Shown here: in pieces, positions 55,701 to 64,000 of the stretch
Layout of the letters: each line of letters begins with the position of its first letter
Numbering within the stretch: the stretch's first letter is position 1
Assembly (NCBI GenBank): GCA_038496445.1
Contig: JALMLS010000612.1
Location: 310,001-374,000, forward strand
Origin: Trichosphaerium sp. ATCC 40318
Lineage: Eukaryota > Protista > Tubulinea
Reading direction: 5' to 3'
DNA length: 64,000 nt
The notes under the pieces: model-generated
What the model was told of the DNA's origin: nothing
Database searches by the model: none
What the model saw: only the letters and a program-made list of their open reading frames with translations
Program-made: the position numbers and the translations under genes

Positions 55701-56396
55701 ACATAGTCCTGTGAAAGTACGTCTGTCGTATCACTAGTAGTGAGAGCACAAAACTAATGCAGTCTACATAGTCAGGATTCATCGAGTCTTCTGAACCGAA
55801 GCTAGTAAAGCGGCTGCCAATTTTTGCTGATTTTCTATCTCGTATCGCTTTAAAGCGGCGTGGAGACAAGATGGATGATGAAATGGCTTCCTTCTTAGTT
55901 ACAAACCACAACAGGTTTCACCGTGTGATAGAGGATTGGGCGGGTTCTTTTGTACGTCTTAGAACTCTTCAACTACACTAAGTTTCAGCTGAAAAAGTAC
56001 TAAACCGGAGTCGTAGGATGACGCACAAGCGAGTGACACTGCTGCAGGCTCGCGTAAAGTCGCACAACTGATTGGTCATAAAGTGCCTCCGAATACAAAA
56101 TTGGCTCAAGCGGAGTACCTATGCCACTTTTTGGATTCTAATGCAGGTCATTGGTTTAAGGTCTTTAATAAGAAACTAAAGACAAGGGTAATGACGCTTA
56201 CTTCATGCTTTTACACGCACAACAAAAACTTCGAAACTTTTTAACTTGTTTTTCCCTACTCGCTTACAATTTTTACAAAACTGGCCTACTTCTCACTAAC
56301 GCATTTATTTAATAGGGGATTTATGATGTTTATCTACTCACACTCTCGTGTATCAATTATCGTGTACCCGGTTCAAAGTCTCTCTCATATGAGTGA
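52799..56396 (+). CDS. Coiled-coil plus divergent RasGAP-domain protein (possibly two GAP-like domains)
   Basis: RFRGLPTLAE, FGKKYFRETLLEFIEDV...LEIDP, MPRQVRDVC and LLRLFAVGLRDPE resemble the RasGAP fold. A second degenerate unit lies at 55100-55950. Confidence 0.7.
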
Positions 56397-56933
56397 CTGT
56401 GACGCTGTGAAACGCGCTGAGTTGATTATTAATGTACATTATATACATAATGCAAGGAATATATAAAAAAAAAAATTTGCTACCACAAAGTCGTTAAAAA
56501 GTGCGTTTCCTTTTGCTTTCACCTTTAGAACGAGATTTAAAAAAATGTGCATCTTGAGATCGTAAATCTGGATTGTTATTCAACGCACCCTAATTACAAG
56601 CTGATGGTAGTGTTAATATCAACGAACATGGTAATATGTGTAGTAAGCGTTAACACGGAGCTAAAAAAATCTGACGCAGATTTTTTCGTGCACAACGCGC
56701 TATTGTTAAGGTACGCTATCATATTTGGGTGTTTCAACAGAGGTAACAGGTACGCTGAGATTTTTCGTCCGTTCCTTCATTCGCTGCCCAGCAACCATAT
56801 CTTCGTTTACTTGTTGTCTGTCTTCTGTTTTATACCAAAAAAACCTCTTCTACACCACCGCTGTAGCTCTACCCTGTATTCTTTATAACTAACTCTTGCT
56901 GTAGTAATATAAAGTACACTACACTCTCAACCT

Positions 56934-59900
56934 ATGCGCCTCCTTTTTATTCTCGGGGCACTCTTGTTCATAAGTGCTGTTGCCCAGACAGACTTTTCTC
57001 TAAGCACTATCTTTGATTCGTATCAAGATATCCTGGTTAACCACCAAGCCAATGATACCATCACTACGGCGACTATAAATACGAACCCTACTCAAGCTAT
57101 TGGTGGTAGTAGGACTGTAACTGCTAGCCTTGACAGTTTCATTATCACTCCTGCCTCTGTTAATTGCAATCCTACCGGCGGTACTTTAGGCGATTTCTCC
57201 TTTTCTTCTGAGGGTGGTGGCGTTGAAGGATCTTGTACACTTACCTATGACAGCCTTACTGACGGAGATTTCGCTCCAACTATAGGCTTCACTCAACTAC
57301 CTCTTGGCGCAAGTACGTGCACGGTTTAACAGCTTTTCTCTTTATTAATTTTTTTTTTCTAGGTTGCTGGATTCTCAACACACGAGTCATCTCTGGGGAT
57401 ACTGATGTAACTTTCATTGCTGATACAACATCAGGCCCATCCACTGCCACCCATAGAGTATTAGATACCGATGGCGAAGTTGTGACGTATTGTATTCCAT
57501 TCCCTGGTGCTGATCTTAACGCCTTGACTGCTGTAACTGGCGTAACACAAATACTGGAGACTGGTTCTCTTGACTCTGATTTACTTGTTGATTCCATTTG
57601 CGTTTCTCCTCAAGTCGTCTGCTCTCACGAACTTGAACTCGCCAACGGTGATCCTGTACCACCAGAGGGGGTACCAGTAGGTACGTTGCCGTAAACGTGA
57701 TATAATTTTTTTTTATTTGGATAAAAAATCTCCGTTCAGATCATAGTAGCTAACTATTATTATAGGTACAACCGTGAGCGTAGAATTTACTTGTATCAAT
57801 TTCCCATCGATCCCTTCACCTGCGGTCAACGTCAACATTAATTTCGACCTACCACTTGCTTTTGCAGTTGTAGACCAAGTATCTAGATCATGCACCAGTA
57901 ATTTCGGTTTCGTACGTGGTCTTTTTGTTATGTGGCTGTACCAAGTTTAGCGTCGTATTAATAATATATAATAGGTTAGCCCTGGTATTGCAAATGGTAT
58001 AGCCATAAATGGTTTTAGCATCTCTGAAAGCGGTTTTGTATCTTGTGAATTTGACTTTACTACTCAAGGTACTAAAATCCAACGCTTGCTTAACTAAACT
58101 AACTTAATCACAGCTCCTGCTGCTATCAGCGCACGTGTGGTACTCACAGAGGTGGCTTCTGGTATCGCAAGTTTCTCAGGTCAAGGTCCTCGGTGCGTTG
58201 ACCTTTTTTTTTTTTTTTTTGCTGTTAATCTGTCAAGTTCTTACGTTACTTAGTACTTTATGTGATACACCTCAGAATTTTACAAACAACGTCATAATTC
58301 AATCTGCGCCTACTGTTGCTCCTACAAACGCACCAACAGTCCCACCTACTGTTGCTCCGGTCACGCTAACTCCTACGAATGCACCAGTTCCACCTCCAAC
58401 TGCGCCACCTACGAATGCTCCATTCGGTGTAATTACGCCAACGAATGCACCATTCCCACCTCCAACAGAGCCACCTACGAACGCACCAGTTGTTGTAACT
58501 TCTCCAACGAATGCTCCATTCCCGCCACCAACTGAGCCACCAACGAATGCACCATTTGCTACAATAACACCAACAAACGCGCCATTCCCGCCACCAACTG
58601 AGCCACCAACGAATGCACCATTTGCTACGATAACACCTACGAATGCTCCATTCCCACCTCCAACAGACCCACCTACGAATGCTCCATTCCCACCTCCAAC
58701 GAACTCTCCAACGAATTCGCCAACTAATGCGCCAGTTACTGCTCCACCAACGAATGCTCCGTTCCCACCTCCAACAGACCCTCCAACGAACGCTCCATTC
58801 CCACCTCCAACGAACTCTCCAACGAATTCACCAACCAATGCGCCAGTTACTGCTCCACCAACGAATGCTCCGTTCCCACCTCCAACAGATGCACCAACGA
58901 ACGCGCCATTCCCACCACCAACGAACTCCCCAACGAACGCGCCAACCAACCCACCAACGAATCCTCCAACAGCTCCACCAACGAATGCACCATTCCCACC
59001 TCCAACAGCTCCACCAACGAACGCGCCATTCCCACCACCAACGAACTCTCCAACGAACGCGCCAACCAATGCGCCAGTCACCGCGCCACCAACGAATGCT
59101 CCATTCCCACCTCCAACAGATGCACCAACAAATGCGCCATTCCCTCCTCCAACCAATTCACCAACGAACGCGCCAACGAATGCACCAACTCTTCCACCAA
59201 CGAATGCACCAACGAACGCTCCTTTCCCACCACCTACCAACGCTCCTACCAATGCTCCTCTTGGATGCAATCCTTTCACACTTGCTGGAGGAGTATTCCC
59301 AGATGGTGCTTACACACTCATTGATGGAGCCAACGTCGAAGCACCTCCAGATTACTGTGTTCGCTTTGATGGATTTACCCTTGACAACGTACTCACTTTT
59401 TTCTTTCTTTTTTTTGCCATTACCTGTGTTGGTTGTTGCTAATCTCTTTACATAGCCTAACGATGTTCTCACATTCACTTGCTCAGCAAATGCTATGAGA
59501 ATTGAATTTGACTCTACTGCACGCACTATCACTGTTGTAGGTATCATCAGTGGTGGTGAAGATGTTGGAGCTGTAAGAGTAAATGAAAGCATTGGCTCTA
59601 CTTCCCTCACCTTCACGTACGATCCTTTCCTCTAACCACGTTTGTACTAATTTTCGAAACCATAGAAATGTTACTGTAGAAGGTACAGCACCAAACTACT
59701 ACTTGGTATCAAGAGACATCAACGACGGATTCTTTTTCTTCAGAGTACATAAAAAACAATATCCAATTTTCTTTTTCCTTTTAACACTCTTCTTCAGCAA
59801 CAATTCTTCGTAATCCGTTCTTTTGGCGCTGAATCAGCTCGCGTTTCGCCTATTGGAAATGGTCAATTCAACTTCTTGTACGTTTTATCCTAAACCTGCA

Positions 59901-61278
59901 GAACCAATAGCCTAGAAAACTTTATTGCTTCTTTGACTTTTTCTGACTTTCTTGTTATAAAGGAGTTGGTTCTTGCAACCTGCTGGTACAAGACGTTATA
60001 ATGACGATTTCTCTGGTATTATTGGAGATTGTATTCCAGGAGCTAGCGGCACAGAGATTGTCAGAGGTAGAACTTGTAGCCCACAATCTTGCAAAACATG
60101 CGAATGTAAGCAATGTAACTGCGAAGAGAAACAACCTGAAATCCACGACCGATGTGACTTTGATTCCTCTTGCACTGTCATCAGCGATACTCAAGGTGAG
60201 TTTTTTTTTCCTCCAACAGATTTTTTAATTTTGTTCTTTCTTTTTTCTTACTTTTTTCTTCAAAAAAGGTGATGTAACTGGAAGCTGTGTTGTTGTTACT
60301 TCAACTGGTGTAGTTAGTTCTATTACCGGTACAACTGGAAACGACTGTGTATGGCTCCAAGCAGGATCTAGTGTCGATGGTGATATCAACACTGGAGCTG
60401 GTGACGATTACGTCCTCATTGAAACCCAAGCCTACGAAAAATCAGTTTCAACTGGTACTTAATCTCTACTTTCGGTCCTTTCCTAACAAGAAAAAAATAG
60501 GTAGCGGTGACGATTTTGTTGCTGTATCAGGCAAATCCGAAGTCGGCATTAGCACAGGAAGCGGTGATGATTGTGTCATCGTTTCTGGCGGAGACGGCGG
60601 TAATGTTGATTCTGGAGATGGCGACGATTGCGTTAAAGTAACTGGCGGTAACGTCGGTGCTGTTAGTGCCGGAGATGGCAGCGATTGTGTCGCTGCATCC
60701 GCAGGATCAGCTGTTGTTAGCATCGATGCTGGTGGTACGTATTTTGATGAGTGAATGCTGTTTTTAGTTCGGATCTAATATCTCTTTTAGATGACCGTGG
60801 TGCTGATTGTATTATCGTAAACGACGCTACTGTAGGAGATGTATCAACCGGTTCCGGTTCTGACACTGTAGACATGTTCAAGGCAAGCGCCGGAAAGATC
60901 ACCGGTGGACCACAGTCTAACTGCGTATTGGTTGATCTTTCAACCGTTGGAGATATTTCCACAAACTTAGACAAAGATACAGTTAGTATTATGCACTCCA
61001 CCGCTGGCAGTGTTAGCCTAGGTGGAGGAGACGATAACTTACGTGGTCTCCAATCCACAATGGGACAATACATTGCTGGAGGTACTGGTGACGACAGCAT
61101 GGTACTCCAAGATGTTTCTACAGGTTTCTTCTTTGGTCAATCCGGCGATGATTGTATGGAAGCTCTTGAGAGCGAAGTCCGTGTTAACGCTGGTTCCGGT
61201 TCCGATACATGTGCTATCGATTCATCAGCCATTGATGTATCAGGCTGTGAAGCTTTTGGTGAAACATACAGCATGTAA
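56934..61278 (+). CDS. Large secreted mosaic protein: signal peptide, beta-rich domains, PT-rich mucin stalk and RTX-like Gly/Asp repeats
   Basis: MRLLFILGALLFISAVA signal, PTNAP repeats, a Cys-rich linker, and C-terminal GxGDDCV/GGTGDDS nonapeptide-like repeats. Many short introns. Confidence 0.75.
58305..59257 (+). repeat. Coding tandem repeat of (P)PTNAP / APFPPPT units
   Basis: Imperfect 12-nt-based repeats (ccaacgaatgca/gct) with higher-order duplications. These generate the shadow ORFs on other frames. Confidence 0.95.
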
Positions 61279-61731
61279 ACTCGAGGACACTTTGGATGAT
61301 TTTTGAATTACTTCAAAGTTTTTTGAGAAAAAAATCCATAATCCTGAAACATATTTTCACCGTAAACCCCTAATTAATAGTATTATTGAGTAAATTTTAT
61401 AAATAAACACTCACACTTCAACTTGTTTTTCGTGAATATACCTTTATTGTAGTACGTCTTGAAGCTTAGGAGATTTGCAAAAGGAAACATGCTAGTGGTT
61501 AAAGTAGTACTTTTGATATGTTGCTCAGTCTAAAGTTGCGTAGAAGCTAGTACAGGCTACACTAAAAGTTTGAAATAATTAGTGTTGGGATGTGGATAAT
61601 CTACTAACGACGAGGAAATCATCACACTCAAGGTATTTTTTTCAAACTAAAATCATAGTTTTAAGAAGGCGGCCAGAAATAAAAAAAAATTCAAAAGCGT
61701 GGACTATTAATCCACGGTACATTTATTATAC

Positions 61732-62605
61732 TCATAGTTCCTTGTAGCCTGAGTACAATATAGAAGAGTCTTTACACCCAACACAGAAACCTGTTTGTTC
61801 GCGGCTCTCAAACCTGCTAAACTCGCATTGCGTAGTTCGCCCAACCTCACATTTGTAAGTTGTGTACATATCACCATTGAATCGTTTAATGTACTTCCAT
61901 TCTGGACTGTAAACTCTAACCTTAGTCGTTGCGAAACCAATTTCCAATCCATTATAGTTGCACAATGCAACGTTCTTAGGATAAGTAATTGCTGTGTCAG
62001 CATGGCAGTTACTGACAAAAACAGATTGTAATTCCGATGTTCTGGTGAAAAACCTAGTACTTTATATTAGCTCTTTACACGTGGGTACTATAAACAAAAC
62101 GGACAAAGAACTTACCAGTTTGCATCTATTGGTATCAAATCATTAAGGTATCTTGGACAGTCAGTAGATCCTGACCATTTGACAGGGTGAATGTTATCAG
62201 AATTGGCAGTTGCTACAAAATGACATTGTTTAACATTTCCATCACAAGTCTTTTGGTTGCCTGAAGAAATCCACCTTTTGTTTTCGCTAAAATCAACTGA
62301 CTGCACTTTCGCAGCAATACTGAATCCCTTAATACCCGAATTCTTGATGCTACGGCGATAGTGGCAAACTAGGAGGTCGTTTGAAGGTGCCTCCACCTAG
62401 TGAGATTGTTATTATGATATACTCGTCAAAGATCTGTGCGTACCCGGTATAGCCTTGGCATATTGCCGTTTACGAAGTGACCGCTATCTTCTATCACTTT
62501 CTTTATTTCGCCGCTTTTGAGACACTTTGTAATAGTAGCAAGGCGTCCATTTGCAAGAGAACATAGGACAATAAGCGTGGTAACACATAGTACATTGATT
62601 TTCAT
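61732..62605 (-). CDS. Secreted Cys-containing protein with a two-fold internal repeat, 3 exons
   Basis: Signal peptide MKINVLCVTTLIVLCSLANG. Exons correspond to ORFs 62426-62611, 62112-62396 and 61732-61965, joined by GT-AG introns. Confidence 0.7.
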
Positions 62606-63541
62606 TTGCAACGTTGTTGTTTTGGTTTGCGTTGAGTGAACTTAAGTCTAGCTTCCCAAAAAGAAATTGTTTCTTCTTGAAAAAGTTGTTAAAACGAGTT
62701 CAATGAATAAATCTTACTAGGCAAGTTTTTTGTAAACTGCGATACTCGTAGTGTTATCATTATGGTTTAGAAAAAACATTGATTGACGTCACAAGATCGT
62801 AACTAATTGATTCTCTGAATATGGTTTTATTAATATGTTTACTACAGTTTGCAACCTGTATTAAGGTTATACTAGTGTAAAGAGTCATAGTTTTTGGCCT
62901 CTGGGGGTTTTCATCAAACTGACAATGCGTGAGGTATTCCAACTGTTGAATCAAATCAATTTCAGTACTGGAAAAGGACAACGTGTTGTTTTTGATACAA
63001 ACAACTGGCAAAAATGTACACGTACGCTAAATAGATTGGGTCTTTCGAAAGCATCTATCATAGTTTGCACACTTTATCGTAGGAGAGACAAAGTAAATAG
63101 CCTCCATGGAAAGCGGTAAACATTTCCTTTCAAGATGCTTGAAAACTAAAACCATAGACTGTCAGGTGCATCAACCTCGTATTCGGTTTGATTCGCTGTA
63201 GCTAGCACTATTTTTATTCAGACATTTATTCTAGGTTCGAATCCCAGCGAGGGAGAATGCCCTCGGCTTGTCTTGTAGCACTTTGAATTATATACCCAAA
63301 TCTTTTTTCCATTTTTTATTGAGTACCAAACATTTGGTTGTGGCTAGTAAACAAAAATATAGTACTGATTGAGTTGAATACCTACAAACTACACAGTGGT
63401 TGAGAATCTCTTACTGTTTTTACTATCTTTGTTTATTACAAATAAATGTAATTGGCAGCTATGTACCAATTCAACAACTGACTTTTTACCAGTTGGATAA
63501 ATCCCTTTACCTTGCATACACATTACAAAGTTTTATAAATG

Positions 63542-64000
63542 TTAAGCTTTCTTTGGTTTATTATTGCTCACAAGATCCACAAGGAACTTGCTCAAGTTTC
63601 TACCAAGAGCAGCAGATGAAAATCTAGATTCTACACGCTTTCTGGCATTATTTCCCATAGTGCGAGAAAGTTCAGGTTCATTGTAAATACGAAGCATAGC
63701 TTCAAAAAAAGAATCATCTTTTGGTTCACATAAAAATCCAGTTTCTCCATCTACGACTGTCTCAAGGGGACCACCACTATTACAAGCCATTACTGGTTTA
63801 TAAGCAGCACCAGCTTCTATAGGTACAATACCAAAGTGCTCATTTGTTGGTGTATAAAGCTAACAAAAGTTAAAACGTGTTTCCACAGGTGGTGTTTTAG
63901 GTGGCGGCTTTTCTGAACAAATTGCTGATCAATTATGACGTACTACAACATGAGTTTGTGCTAAAAGTCTATTCTTATCATCCTCAGGTACATTTGGCAT
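63542..64000 (-). CDS. ALG2: Alpha-1,3/1,6-mannosyltransferase ALG2, 3' part (5' end outside the window)
   Basis: LYTPTNEHFGIVPIEA...ACNSGGPLETVVDGETGFLC is the ALG2/GT4 signature. Confidence 0.92.

Noticed and set aside
58299-59455. Long Gly/Val-rich antisense ORF (58299-59279) and Gln/His-rich alternate-frame ORF (58643-59455)
   Set aside because: These are shadow frames of the PTNAP coding repeat, which lacks stops in those frames.
62760-63500. Short ORFs between the secreted protein gene and ALG2
   Set aside because: Non-ATG starts or no motifs, and no consistent splice model. Treated as intergenic.

Overview
This is eukaryotic nuclear DNA: AT-rich and very gene-dense, with about 28 genes mostly broken by short (about 45-120 nt) spliceosomal introns, so the supplied ORF track is largely exon fragments. 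The gene content (cAMP-receptor-like GPCR, beta-adaptin, homeobox, Ras, RasGAP, F-box genes) fits an amoeba-like protist; this lineage assignment is inference. Recognisable housekeeping genes are TMEM181-like, RAD54, AP-1/2 beta-adaptin, DMAP1/SWC4, PIG-C, two DHHC palmitoyltransferases, RPL7, mS34 and partial ALG2. Several genes of bacterial or viral character sit among them. The most striking is a six-exon minus-strand gene (46039-47240) that splices to a 304-aa protein with an ER signal peptide followed by what I recognise as a tandem T4-gp19-like phage-tail/contractile-injection-system tube protein of the myxobacterial type, apparently domesticated and secreted. The others are an intronless cyanobacterial-type dapF, an intronless F-box-like + MORN-variant repeat gene of giant-virus style, a secreted N-formylglutamate amidohydrolase-like enzyme, and a large secreted mucin/RTX-repeat protein. 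Introns frequently use a GTACGY donor, three appear to use GC-AG donors, and the palindrome CACGTG is strongly enriched in them. All gene models and family assignments were made by eye without database searches, and exon boundaries are approximate unless listed.
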